NCBI GenBank assembly: GCA_016788205.1
Contig: JAEUTA010000021.1
Coordinates: 64,205 to 128,204 of the forward strand
Direction of reading: 5' to 3'
Source: Flavobacteriales bacterium
GTDB taxonomy: Bacteria > Bacteroidota > Bacteroidia > Flavobacteriales_F > PHOS-HE28
Length of the DNA: 64,000 bases
Shown: one piece after another, positions 9,027 through 18,081 of the stretch
Layout: each line of letters starts with the position of its first letter
How positions within the stretch are numbered: the first letter of the stretch is position 1
Position numbers and translations under genes: made by a program
Notes under the pieces: model-generated
What the model was told of the DNA's origin: nothing
What the model saw: only the letters and a program-made list of their open reading frames with translations
Database searches by the model: none

Positions 9027-10094
9027 ATGGCAGCCCCCGAAGAACTTCGCTACACGGCACTTGGCGTCATGAGCGGAAGCTCGCTGGACGGTCTCGACTT
9101 GGCCCTCTGCACCTTCGCATGGAAGGCCGGAAAATGGTCGTTCCGGATCGAGGATGCTCGCACAGTTCCGTACGACAGGGCTTTTCAGCAGCGCCTTCTA
9201 GCAGTGATGCAGGGAAGCGCCTTGGACCTTGCCCGCCTGGACCGCGACCTCGGCGATCTGATCGGGAATGCAGCCTCTCAGTTCCTGGCCGGAAGAACGG
9301 TGGATGTCATCGCCTCCCACGGCCACACCATTTTCCACAAGCCGGATGAAGGGTTGACGGTGCAGATCGGCCATGGCGCACGCATCACCGCAACGAACGG
9401 CTTCCCGGTCGTCACCGACTTCCGGACCTTGGATGTAGCGCTTGGCGGCCAGGGCGCACCACTTGTTCCACTGGGTGAACAACAGCTTTTCCCAGACCAT
9501 CGTTGCTTCCTGAACATCGGTGGCATCTGCAACATTGCCATTCACCGGGATGGGCGCGTGCTCGGCTACGATGTCTGCATCGGTAACCAGGCATTGAACC
9601 TGCTCGCATCGGAAGCGGGTCTGTCTTACGACAAGGATGGTGCGCTCGCCCGGTCCGGCTCTGTGAATGAGGCGTTGCTTCAGCGCTTGAATGCCCTGCC
9701 CTTCCACCAGCAAGCTCCACCACGTTCGCTCGGCCGCGAATGGTTCGACGCGGAGGTACGACCGTTGATCACCGACCCTTCGATCGCACTGAACGACCGG
9801 CTGCGCACGGTGGTACAGCATATCGCACTGATCATCTCCAACTCCCTCGGAACGCGTAGGGATACCGTCCTCGTGACTGGTGGTGGTGCGCACAACACGC
9901 TCCTGATCGAGCGCCTCCGAGCGGTTAGCGGCCGCGAGATCGTGGTACCGGAACGAACCATCGTCGACTTCAAGGAGGCGTTGATCTTCGCCTTCCTCGG
10001 GGTACGACGCTTGAATGGGGATAGCACAGCGCTGGCCAGCGTGACCGGCGCATCCCGTGACAGCTCCGGTGGAAGTCTGGTCAGCGCCAATTAA
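9027..10094 (+). CDS. anmK: Anhydro-N-acetylmuramic acid kinase.
   Basis: N-terminal GVMSGSSLDGLDLALC and overall AnmK-like sequence, 355 aa. Confidence 0.8.
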   Translation: MAAPEELRYTALGVMSGSSLDGLDLALCTFAWKAGKWSFRIEDARTVPYDRAFQQRLLAVMQGSALDLARLDRDLGDLIGNAASQFLAGRTVDVIASHGHTIFHKPDEGLTVQIGHGARITATNGFPVVTDFRTLDVALGGQGAPLVPLGEQQLFPDHRCFLNIGGICNIAIHRDGRVLGYDVCIGNQALNLLASEAGLSYDKDGALARSGSVNEALLQRLNALPFHQQAPPRSLGREWFDAEVRPLITDPSIALNDRLRTVVQHIALIISNSLGTRRDTVLVTGGGAHNTLLIERLRAVSGREIVVPERTIVDFKEALIFAFLGVRRLNGDSTALASVTGASRDSSGGSLVSAN

Positions 10095-10177
10095 CAGGCC
10101 ATCGGGATAACCTTCCCGGTGCCCTTCCGGAAGGCCTTTCCGCACCGGGTTACTTTCGCCCCACCTGACCCGGAACC

Positions 10178-11404
10178 GTGATGCGTGAAGCCCTGCGACG
10201 CTTTGAGGAGCGTGCCCCTGAGATCGTCTTCGAATGGAACGATGCGCCCACCGGCGCCAAGGGTTGGGTGGTGATCAACAGCTTGCGCGGCGGCGCTGCA
10301 GGTGGTGGCACACGTATGCGCAAAGGTTTGGACCGCCGCGAGGTGGAGAGCCTGGCCAAGACCATGGAGGTGAAGTTCAGCGTGTGTGGCCCGCCGATCG
10401 GTGGTGCCAAGAGCGGCATCGACTTCGACCCGGCCGATCCGCGCAAAGCCGACGTGCTGGACCGCTGGTACAAAGCCGTGATGCCCTTGCTGAAGAACTA
10501 CTACGGCACTGGCGGCGACCTCAACGTGGATGAACTGCATGAAGTCATCCCGATCACCGAGCACTACGGTCTACGTCATCCGCAGGAAGGCGTTGTGAAC
10601 GGCCACATCGGAAGTGCGGAAGAGGTGAAGCGCACAGCGATCGAACAGTTGCGCACCGGCGTGAGCAAGATCGTTGACGACACGGACTATGTGCCCACTG
10701 CGGGCAAGTACGCTGTGGCCGACATGATCACCGGCTGGGGCGTCGCGGAAAGCGTGCGCCACTTCTACGCTGTGAAGGGCGGCAGCGTGAAGGGCAAACG
10801 CGTCATCTTGCAAGGCTGGGGCAATGTGGCAGCCGCGGCCGGTTATTACCTCGCTCGTCAAGGCGCAGTGATCACGGGCATCATCGATCGCGCGGGTGGG
10901 ATCCTTGCACCGAAAGGCCTTGGTGCCGCTGAGGTTCAGGAGCTCTTCGTGAAGAAGGAAGCGAATCAACTGCGCTCGGCACAACTACTTCCGTTCGCCG
11001 AAGTGAACGATGGGATCTGGGGTATCGGAGCCGATGTGTTCCTCCCCTGTGCAGCAAGCCGATTGGTGACGAAGGAACAAGTGGATCGCATGGCTGCGGC
11101 TGGTCTCGAAGTGATCAGCAGCGGTGCCAATGTACCCTTCGCCGATCCGCAGATCTTCTACGGCCCCATCGCCGAACATGCCGACGGCAAGGTGAGCGTG
11201 ATCCCCGACTTCATCGCCAACTGCGGCATGGCGCGCGTGTTCGCGTATTGCATGCAGCCCGGCAACGACCTCAGCGATCGCGCGATCTTCAACGATGTGA
11301 GCGAGGTGATCCGCAAAGCGATCGAGGCCACGCACGCCCGCAACAACTCTCCCATCCACTTCACCCGTACCGCGTTCGAGATCGCCTTGGAACGCCTCAA
11401 CTGA
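10178..11404 (+). CDS. Glu/Leu/Phe/Val dehydrogenase family protein (glutamate dehydrogenase-like).
   Basis: GGAAGGGTRMRKGL and GxGNV-type NAD(P) Rossmann motif (LQGWGNVAAAAGYY), 408 aa. Confidence 0.75.
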   Translation: MMREALRRFEERAPEIVFEWNDAPTGAKGWVVINSLRGGAAGGGTRMRKGLDRREVESLAKTMEVKFSVCGPPIGGAKSGIDFDPADPRKADVLDRWYKAVMPLLKNYYGTGGDLNVDELHEVIPITEHYGLRHPQEGVVNGHIGSAEEVKRTAIEQLRTGVSKIVDDTDYVPTAGKYAVADMITGWGVAESVRHFYAVKGGSVKGKRVILQGWGNVAAAAGYYLARQGAVITGIIDRAGGILAPKGLGAAEVQELFVKKEANQLRSAQLLPFAEVNDGIWGIGADVFLPCAASRLVTKEQVDRMAAAGLEVISSGANVPFADPQIFYGPIAEHADGKVSVIPDFIANCGMARVFAYCMQPGNDLSDRAIFNDVSEVIRKAIEATHARNNSPIHFTRTAFEIALERLN

Positions 11405-11448
11405 CAATTCCGAGCGGCCCGGCCGCGTTCAACCATCAACCTGCACAC

Positions 11449-12171
11449 ATGTCCCTCGAACTCTTCGCCCAGATCCAGGATGTAGCCGATAGCGCACGCC
11501 AGACGCTGGAAGCCATCCAATCCAGCCCGGCCCAACCCACGGAAAAGAGCATCAGCGTGCTCGAACTGTTGAGCTTCGGTGGCTGGTACATCATGGGCCC
11601 GCTCGCGCTCATGAGCATCGTGGCCGTCTACATCCTCATCGAACGCACCATCACGCTGAACAAGGCGCGCAAAGTGGACAGCGACTTCATGCACAAGATC
11701 CGCGACTACGTGCACAGTAACAAGCTGGATTCCGCGCGCAACCTGTGCGAGAACAGCGGTTCGCCCGTGGCGCGTGTCATCGGTCGTGGTATCGCCCGCA
11801 TCGGCTCACCATCCAAGGAGATCGAAGCAGCGATGGAAGGTGCAGGTCGTCTGGAGGTCGCTCGTTTGGAACGTGGCATCGGGCTGTTGAGCCTCTTCGC
11901 GAAACTCGCTCCGATGTTCGGATTCATCGGTACCATCATCGGTGTGATCAACATCTTCTACGAGATCAGCTTGAGCGATAACATCAGCGTAGGCAACATC
12001 TCCGAAGGTCTCTACCAGAAGATGGTGACCTCGGCGTCCGGCCTCATCGTGGGTATCGTCTCCTTCGTGGCCTATTTCGTGGTGAACAACCTGGTGGAAC
12101 GCGTGGTAGAGAAGATCGACGGGACCGGCCAGCAGTTCCTGGACATGCTGCGCGAAACCCCAAAGGCCTAA
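11449..12171 (+). CDS. exbB: MotA/TolQ/ExbB proton-channel family protein.
   Basis: Three TM segments and the conserved C-terminal IGVINIFYEIS...ASGLIVGIVSFVAYF. The start was moved to Met 11449; the track ORF begins upstream at 11248. Confidence 0.8.
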   Translation: MSLELFAQIQDVADSARQTLEAIQSSPAQPTEKSISVLELLSFGGWYIMGPLALMSIVAVYILIERTITLNKARKVDSDFMHKIRDYVHSNKLDSARNLCENSGSPVARVIGRGIARIGSPSKEIEAAMEGAGRLEVARLERGIGLLSLFAKLAPMFGFIGTIIGVINIFYEISLSDNISVGNISEGLYQKMVTSASGLIVGIVSFVAYFVVNNLVERVVEKIDGTGQQFLDMLRETPKA

Positions 12172-12174
12172 GCC

Positions 12175-12573
12175 ATGCAGCTACGCCGCCAACGCCGGGA
12201 ACATGCCGAGGTCAGCACCGAGTCGCTGAACGACATCATGTTCTTCCTGCTGTTGTTCTTCCTCATCGTCTCCACGCTGGCCAACCCCAACGTGATCAAG
12301 CTGCTGCTGCCCGAGTCCAAGCAGAGCCAGACGCTGGACAAACAGCAGGTATTGCTCCAGATCACCGCCGATCGCCAGTACTACATCGACCAGACCTTGA
12401 TCCCCGAAGCGGATCTGAAAGGTGCCTTGCTGGACAAGACCAGTGGCATGGAAAAACCCACTGTGGTACTCCGTTTGGATAAGGAACTATCGGTACAGGA
12501 TCTGGTGAACGTGCTGGAGATCGGCACCGAGATCAAGGTGAAGATGATCCTCGCCACGAAGAACAGCGGATAG
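12175..12573 (+). CDS. exbD: Biopolymer transport protein ExbD/TolR.
   Basis: 132 aa with an N-terminal TM (LNDIMFFLLLFFLIV) and the ExbD fold pattern. It sits 3 nt after exbB. Confidence 0.8.
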   Translation: MQLRRQRREHAEVSTESLNDIMFFLLLFFLIVSTLANPNVIKLLLPESKQSQTLDKQQVLLQITADRQYYIDQTLIPEADLKGALLDKTSGMEKPTVVLRLDKELSVQDLVNVLEIGTEIKVKMILATKNSG

Positions 12574-12575
12574 TC

Positions 12576-13391
12576 ATGGAGCACGTCCTTCCCGGGAATG
12601 AAGGCCGCAAAGGCCTGGCGCTCACGATCAGCATCGTGTTCCACGGCTTGTTGCTGCTCGGTTTCATCCTGATGAAGATCGTGACGCCCCTGCCACCCTA
12701 TCCAGAAGGTGGTGGCGAAGGCATGGCCTTGGGCATCGCGGATATCGGCTACAGCTTGGAAGGTCTGGGCGAATCCGAATCGATGGAAGAGAGCGGCGCG
12801 GTGGAACAGAATACGCCGCAGCCACAGCCCGAGAGCAGCGAAGACTTCATCACCGAAGAGGATGGTGAAGCGATCAACCAGAAACCCGATCCAGTGAAGA
12901 AACCGGAGACCACTACACCGGTCACCAAACCCACGCCGAAGCCGCCGAAGATCAGCGAGCCCACCGTGGACAAACGGATCTCCGAAGCGTTCAACACGTG
13001 GAACAAACCCGGCAAGCCAGCAGGTGGTGGCGCCCAACCCGGCGATCCCGGTCAGCCGGATGGAACCGCCGGTGCTGGCGGTGTGTTCCACGGCAATGGC
13101 TGGGAACTGCGCGGTGGCGGCGGTGGCGGAAGCGGCGGCGGTCGTGGTTTGGCGCGCGGTCCGGACCTCAGCGCGAAACCCGAGCTACAGAACGCCACCT
13201 GGGTGGAAGTGATGGTGGTCGTCGACCGTCAAGGCAATGTGATCCGAACATCGGTCGCCAACTCCGGCACCACGGATGCCAACATCAAAGAAGTGGCCAT
13301 GCGCGCTGCGAAGACCTGCCGCTTCGTTGCTTTGCCCAATGGCCCGCCCGAACAGCAGCACTTCATCAAGCTGCGTTTCTTCCCGGGCTAG
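12576..13391 (+). CDS. tonB: Energy transducer TonB family protein.
   Basis: N-terminal TM, a Pro/Lys-rich linker (PKPPK), a Gly-rich segment and a TonB C-terminal domain. It directly follows exbD. Confidence 0.7.
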   Translation: MEHVLPGNEGRKGLALTISIVFHGLLLLGFILMKIVTPLPPYPEGGGEGMALGIADIGYSLEGLGESESMEESGAVEQNTPQPQPESSEDFITEEDGEAINQKPDPVKKPETTTPVTKPTPKPPKISEPTVDKRISEAFNTWNKPGKPAGGGAQPGDPGQPDGTAGAGGVFHGNGWELRGGGGGGSGGGRGLARGPDLSAKPELQNATWVEVMVVVDRQGNVIRTSVANSGTTDANIKEVAMRAAKTCRFVALPNGPPEQQHFIKLRFFPG

Positions 13392-13400
13392 CCCAACGTC

Positions 13401-14618
13401 ATGACCTACGCCGAAACACTGGCGTACCTCTTCGCGCAGTTGCCGATGTTCCAACGCATCGGCAAGGCCGCTTACAAGGCCGATCTATCGAACACGCACG
13501 CGCTGATGGACCTCACCGGCCATCCGGAACGCGGGTTGCGTTGCGTGCATGTTGCAGGCACGAATGGCAAGGGCAGCACCAGCCACTTGATCGCAAGTGT
13601 GCTACAGGAGGCGGGCTACACCGTCGGGTTGCACACTTCACCGCACCTGAAGGACTTCCGCGAACGTTTCCGCATCAACGGCGAAGTGATCACAGAGGAT
13701 GAAGTCGTTCGGTTCGTTGAGGAGTATCGCGCAGGCTTCGAGCCGATCCAGGCCTCCTTCTTCGAATGGGGCGTGGCGCTTGCTCTGTGGTGGTTCCGCG
13801 AAAGCCAAGTGGACATCGCCGTGATCGAGACCGGCATGGGTGGAAGGCTCGACAGCACCAACGTGATCACCCCGGATGTGAGCGTGATCACCAACATCGG
13901 CTGGGACCACATGGACTTCCTGGGGCAGACCTTGGAAGCGATCGCTAGGGAGAAGGCTGGGATCATTAAACCGGGTGTGCCGGTCGTCGTGGGTGAGGCG
14001 GAGGGTGCCGTTGCGGACGTGTTCCGAAGCAAGGCCGAAGCGCTTGGCTCTCCGATCACCTTCGTTGAGCAGGGCGATGCGCTCCAATTCACAACCGCAT
14101 TGCACGGCGAACACCAGGAACGCAACGCGCGAACGGCACTCGCTGCGTTGCAACGCCTGCGAGAACGCGGCTGGAAGATCAGTGATGCCCACATCCGCGC
14201 CGGCTTCTACAACGTGGTGCGCAACACGGGTCTGCTTGGTCGCTGGCAGGTGCTTGCCGATGTGCCGCTCACCATCGCTGACGTGGCCCACAACGTGGAC
14301 GGCATCCGTGTGGTGAAGCGCATGCTGGAATGCCAGCCCTATGAGCGTCTGCACATCGTATTGGGCATGGTGAACGACAAGGATCTGAGCCGGGTCCTCG
14401 CCGAACTGCCTGAGAGCGCCACCTACTACTTCTGCAAGGCCGACATCCCGCGCGGGCTGGACGCCGCGACATTGCAGGAAAGCGCGCACGCACATGGTCT
14501 TGCCGGACGGCATTTCGGCACCGTGGCAGAGGCTTTCCAGGCCGCCAACCAAGCCGCCGGGATGAACGACATGGTGCTGGTCACAGGAAGTGTGTTCGTG
14601 GTGGCGGAGGTGTTGTGA
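13401..14618 (+). CDS. folC: Bifunctional folylpolyglutamate synthase/dihydrofolate synthase.
   Basis: Mur-ligase family P-loop AGTNGKGSTSHLIASVL, 405 aa, FolC architecture. Confidence 0.8.
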   Translation: MTYAETLAYLFAQLPMFQRIGKAAYKADLSNTHALMDLTGHPERGLRCVHVAGTNGKGSTSHLIASVLQEAGYTVGLHTSPHLKDFRERFRINGEVITEDEVVRFVEEYRAGFEPIQASFFEWGVALALWWFRESQVDIAVIETGMGGRLDSTNVITPDVSVITNIGWDHMDFLGQTLEAIAREKAGIIKPGVPVVVGEAEGAVADVFRSKAEALGSPITFVEQGDALQFTTALHGEHQERNARTALAALQRLRERGWKISDAHIRAGFYNVVRNTGLLGRWQVLADVPLTIADVAHNVDGIRVVKRMLECQPYERLHIVLGMVNDKDLSRVLAELPESATYYFCKADIPRGLDAATLQESAHAHGLAGRHFGTVAEAFQAANQAAGMNDMVLVTGSVFVVAEVL

Positions 14619-14621
14619 AAG

Positions 14622-14649
14622 CAAAAACCCCTCACATGAAGGGGCTTTG
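14622..14649. terminator. Bidirectional terminator hairpin between folC and the tRNA array.
   Basis: AAAAA-CCCCT-cacatga-AGGGG-CTTT: an A-tract on one side and a T-tract on the other. Confidence 0.5.
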
Positions 14650-14678
14650 ATGGTCTCCTGTTGAAAGGCTACCGGAAG

Positions 14679-14753
14679 TGGGACGTACTGGATTCGAACC
14701 AGTGACCTCATGCGTGTGAAGCATGCGCTCTAAACCAGCTGAGCTAACATCCC
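14679..14753 (-). tRNA. tRNA-Val (anticodon CAC).
   Basis: Manual cloverleaf fold: acceptor GGGATGT/ACGTCCC, D-arm AGCTCAGCTGGTTAGAGC, anticodon stem CATGC/GCATG with loop TTCACAC, T-arm GGTTCGAATCC. CCA is not encoded. Confidence 0.8.
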
Positions 14754-14798
14754 AAAATGAAAAACCAACGCAGCGCATTCGCGCTGCGTTGGTGAGGG

Positions 14799-14873
14799 TG
14801 GAGGCAGCCGGATTCGAACCAGCGACCCTCTGCTTGTAAGGCAGATGCTCTGAACCAGCTGAGCTATGCCTCC
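14799..14873 (-). tRNA. tRNA-Val (anticodon TAC).
   Basis: Acceptor GGAGGCA/TGCCTCC, anticodon stem TCTGC/GCAGA with loop CTTACAA, T-arm GGTTCGAATCC. CCA is not encoded. Confidence 0.8.
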
Positions 14874-14899
14874 ATTGTTTCACTTCTACCTAAAGAACG

Positions 14900-14963
14900 A
14901 ACTCGAACCAGCGACCCTCCCGCCGAAAGGCGGGATGCTCTGAACCAGCTGAGCTATGCCTCC
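14900..14963 (-). pseudogene. Truncated tRNA-Val-like fragment. The 5' acceptor strand, D-arm and T-loop are kept; the anticodon arm is replaced by a GC hairpin and the 3' acceptor/T-stem strand is missing.
   Basis: The first ~30 nt (GGAGGCATAGCTCAGCTGGTTCAGAGCATC) and GGGTCGCTGGTTCGA are identical to tRNA-Val(TAC). The anticodon region reads CCCGCC-TTTC-GGCGGG. Downstream sequence cannot pair to form the acceptor stem. Confidence 0.6.
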
Positions 14964-15129
14964 ATCACGAATTATCCAAAGAACACCTTGGACACCGGCT
15001 CCGAAGGGGCGGCAAATATAGTCCTTCACGGAAATTGAACACGCTTGTTCTCTCGCTTCATCGAAAGTCGCCAGGCGTGTGAGCGATCCGACCATGTTCA
15101 GCCTGCCGTAGGTGGTAAAGCCGGGATCG

Positions 15130-15172
15130 TGCATAATTTTGTTTAACACTATTGCACAATGATTAAACAAAT
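15130..15172 (+). promoter_or_regulatory. AT-rich palindromic promoter/operator candidate upstream of the ECF-sigma/carotenoid operon.
   Basis: TAATTTTG matches the Bacteroidetes -7 consensus TAnnTTTG. Inverted repeat TTGTTTAA-N16-TTAAACAA (15139-15146 / 15163-15170) with an inner ATTG-ca-CAAT. It is the only strongly AT-rich stretch in the roughly 250-bp leader. Confidence 0.4.
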
Positions 15173-15218
15173 CATCCTAGCTTCGTTCCGGCATTCATCT
15201 CCATAAGCTCCTTTTGCC

Positions 15219-15728
15219 ATGTCAACGCTCGAATTCCAGCAGCAACTCCTGAGCTTCCGGCAGCAGTTGTACTATTTCGCCTTGAGCCTGACGAAGGACC
15301 GTGAGAACGCAGCGGATCTTGTGCAGGAGAGCTTAGTGCGCGCCCTTACGTACCGTGAGAAGTTTCAGGATAACACCAATTTCAAGGCATGGGTGTACAC
15401 CATCATGAAGAACACCTTCATCAATGAGCATCGACGCACGAGGCGGAAGAAGCTGCTGATGGACACAGTTGACCGCCAGCATGACGAGGCACGTCGTGTA
15501 GAATTGCCGAATAGTCCGGAAGCAACGGTGAAAATGGCCGAGATCCAGCGTAGTTTGGAGCGATTGGACACGACCTTCCGGGAGCCCTTCACCATGCACC
15601 ATGAGGGCTTCAAGTACCACGAGATCGCTGACAAGCTCGGCATCCCCATCGGTACCGTGAAGAGCCGGATCTTCCAGGCACGCCACCGCTTGATGGACAT
15701 GCTCACGGATAAGAACGTAGCTGCGTGA
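15219..15728 (+). CDS. RNA polymerase ECF-type sigma-70 factor.
   Basis: 169 aa. Region 2 (DLVQESLVRALTYREKFQDNTNFKAWVYTIMKNTFINEHRR) and a region-4 HTH (YHEIADKLGIPIGTVKSRIFQARHRL). Its stop overlaps the crtI start (ATGA-type coupling). Confidence 0.85.
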   Translation: MSTLEFQQQLLSFRQQLYYFALSLTKDRENAADLVQESLVRALTYREKFQDNTNFKAWVYTIMKNTFINEHRRTRRKKLLMDTVDRQHDEARRVELPNSPEATVKMAEIQRSLERLDTTFREPFTMHHEGFKYHEIADKLGIPIGTVKSRIFQARHRLMDMLTDKNVAA

Positions 15729-17242
15729 AACCAACGGCCATCGTCATCGGCGCCGGGTTCTCCGGCATTGCGGCAGCTGCATCACTGGCCCGTCGCGGGT
15801 TTGAAGTGAACGTGGTCGAGAAGAACCCAGCACCCGGTGGGCGCGCGAGCGTTTGGCGCAAGGACGGCTTCACCTTCGACATGGGTCCCAGCTTCTACTG
15901 GATGCCCGAAGTGTTCGAACGCTTCTTCGCGGAGTTCGGTGAGAAGCCCGGTGATCATTACGAACTGCGTCGGCTCGATCCTTCCTACAAGGTCGTCTTC
16001 GGGAAGGGGGATGACCTGTCGCTGCCCGCCAAGCGCACGGACCAGAATCGGTTGTTCGAGCGTTACGAGCCGGGAGCGGCCGCTGCACTGAACGACTTCC
16101 TGGCCGAAGCCAAGATCAAGTACGACCTCGGCATGGGCGAACTCGTCTATCGTCCTTCGCTTTCCTGGCTTGAATATGCACGGCCCGATGTGCTCGGCGG
16201 CTTGATGAAGACCAGCGTCCTCCGTTCGTTGCGGAAACATGTGCAGGATCATTTCAGCGAGCCACGCTTGCGGGCCTTGATGGAATTCCCGGTCCTGTTC
16301 CTGGGTGCTGCACCGCAGAACACACCAGCGCTATACAGCTTGATGAACTATGCCGACCTGCAGCTCGGTACGTGGTACCCGATGGGCGGCATGGGCAACG
16401 TGGTGGAAGGCATGGTGCGCACGGCCGAACGACAAGGCGCGCGGTTCCATTACGGTCAAGTGGTTACGAAGATCATCGTGAAGAATGGGCGTGCCACCGG
16501 CATTGAGACCACACGGGGAAGGATGACCGCCGATGTGGTCGTGGCTGGCGCGGATTACCACCACGTGGAGCAAGAGATCCTGCCAGAAGAGCATCGGACT
16601 TACTCACAAGCGTATTGGGCCAAGCGGAAAATGGCGCCGTCTAGCCTGCTATTCTACATCGGTATAGATCGTCAAGTACCGCACTTGGAACATCACACGC
16701 TCTTCTTCGACGAGGCATTGGACACGCACTCCGCCGCGATCTACGATGCGCCGGCCTGGCCCAGCAAACCGTTGTTCTATGTGAGCTGCTCAAGCAAGAC
16801 GGATCCATCCGTAGCCCCTGACGGCAAGGAGAACATGGTGGTGCTCATCCCCATCGCACCGGGCTTGGAGGATACCGAAGCCACGCGTGAACACTACTAC
16901 GACCTGGTGATGGAGCGGATCGCGAACTACATCGGCATCGATCTTCGTCCGCATGTTGTCTTGAAGCGCAGCTACTGCATCAATGATCTGAAAGAAGATT
17001 ACAACGCGTTCCGTGGCAACGCCTACGGATTGGCGAACACACTGAGACAGACCGGTCCATTGCGCCCCAGCATGAAGAGCCGGAAAGTGCAAGGCTTGTA
17101 CTTCACCGGGCAGCTCACCGTTCCAGGTCCAGGCGTGCCACCGGCGATCATCAGCGGGCAGGTCGTGGCTGAGCTGGTGGAGAAGGAGTTCAAGCAAGGT
17201 TCAACCGCCCGCGCCAAGCGGGAACAAGCCACGACCGCATGA
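15725..17242 (+). CDS. crtI: Phytoene desaturase.
   Basis: N-terminal FAD fold AIVIGAGFSGIAAAASLARRGFEVNVVEKN..GGRA, 505 aa, CrtI-like throughout. Confidence 0.85.
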   Translation: MKPTAIVIGAGFSGIAAAASLARRGFEVNVVEKNPAPGGRASVWRKDGFTFDMGPSFYWMPEVFERFFAEFGEKPGDHYELRRLDPSYKVVFGKGDDLSLPAKRTDQNRLFERYEPGAAAALNDFLAEAKIKYDLGMGELVYRPSLSWLEYARPDVLGGLMKTSVLRSLRKHVQDHFSEPRLRALMEFPVLFLGAAPQNTPALYSLMNYADLQLGTWYPMGGMGNVVEGMVRTAERQGARFHYGQVVTKIIVKNGRATGIETTRGRMTADVVVAGADYHHVEQEILPEEHRTYSQAYWAKRKMAPSSLLFYIGIDRQVPHLEHHTLFFDEALDTHSAAIYDAPAWPSKPLFYVSCSSKTDPSVAPDGKENMVVLIPIAPGLEDTEATREHYYDLVMERIANYIGIDLRPHVVLKRSYCINDLKEDYNAFRGNAYGLANTLRQTGPLRPSMKSRKVQGLYFTGQLTVPGPGVPPAIISGQVVAELVEKEFKQGSTARAKREQATTA

Positions 17243-18081
17243 ACACGCTTTCACTCTACAACGATGTATGCTTGAAGGCAAGCAGCACCACGACGCGCAG
17301 TTACAGCACCTCGTTCTCGCTCGGCATCCGTTCGCTCGATAAGGACCTGCGCGGACCGATCAACGCCATCTACGGTTTCGTGCGGTTCGCGGACGAGATT
17401 GTGGACACCTTCCACGGCTACGACAAGCCTACTCTCCTTAAACGCTTCCGCGAAGACACTCATCAAGCTATCGAAGAGGGGATCAGCCTGAATCCGATCC
17501 TGCACAGCTTTCAACGTGTCGTGAACAGCTACGGCATCGAAGCCGAGCTGTACGATACCTTCCTGGACAGCATGGCGATGGACCTTCAGGGTCGCACGTA
17601 CGACCAACAAGCGTACGAGACCTACATCCTCGGCAGCGCGGAGGTGGTCGGCTTGATGTGCTTGCGCGTCTTCTGCAAGAACGACGATGCGCTCTATCAA
17701 CGCTTGAAACCTTCGGCGATGAAATTGGGTGCGGCGTTCCAGAAGGTGAATTTCCTGCGCGATCTGAAGGATGACCACGTGAACCTCGGCCGCACGTACT
17801 TCCCCGGTGTGGATGTTTCGCGCATGGATGGCACAACGAAACATCGGATCGAAAGCGACATCAAGGCCGATATGGATGCAGCTCTGTCGGGTATCAAACA
17901 ACTACCGCGCGGCTCACGGTTCGGTGTGTACATGGCCTACGTGTACTACCTCGCGCTCTTCAAGAAGATCCAGGCACTACCCTGCGATCGTATCCTGAAG
18001 GAACGCATCCGCGTACGCAACCGGAGCAAACTCGCGTTGTTCACCACGAGCTACGTGAAACACAGTCTGGGCCTTTTGTGA
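17239..18081 (+). CDS. crtB: Phytoene synthase.
   Basis: Squalene/phytoene synthase family (YILGSAEVVGLMCLRVF, RDLKDD, GRTYFP), 280 aa. There is a 4-nt overlap with crtI. Confidence 0.85.
   Translation: MNTLSLYNDVCLKASSTTTRSYSTSFSLGIRSLDKDLRGPINAIYGFVRFADEIVDTFHGYDKPTLLKRFREDTHQAIEEGISLNPILHSFQRVVNSYGIEAELYDTFLDSMAMDLQGRTYDQQAYETYILGSAEVVGLMCLRVFCKNDDALYQRLKPSAMKLGAAFQKVNFLRDLKDDHVNLGRTYFPGVDVSRMDGTTKHRIESDIKADMDAALSGIKQLPRGSRFGVYMAYVYYLALFKKIQALPCDRILKERIRVRNRSKLALFTTSYVKHSLGLL

Noticed and set aside
14900-14963. The tRNA-Val fragment, considered as the attachment site of an integrated mobile element.
   Set aside because: It is a 5' fragment, whereas integrases normally duplicate 3' ends. 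No integrase, excisionase, phage or conjugative genes lie in the neighbouring 15 kb, and the flanks are housekeeping and carotenoid genes. It is kept as a pseudo-tRNA finding only.
14886-15170. A 94-aa minus-strand ORF overlapping the tRNA fragment and the ECF-sigma leader.
   Set aside because: It overlaps a tRNA-derived sequence and an AT-rich promoter region. It has no motifs and is most likely non-coding.
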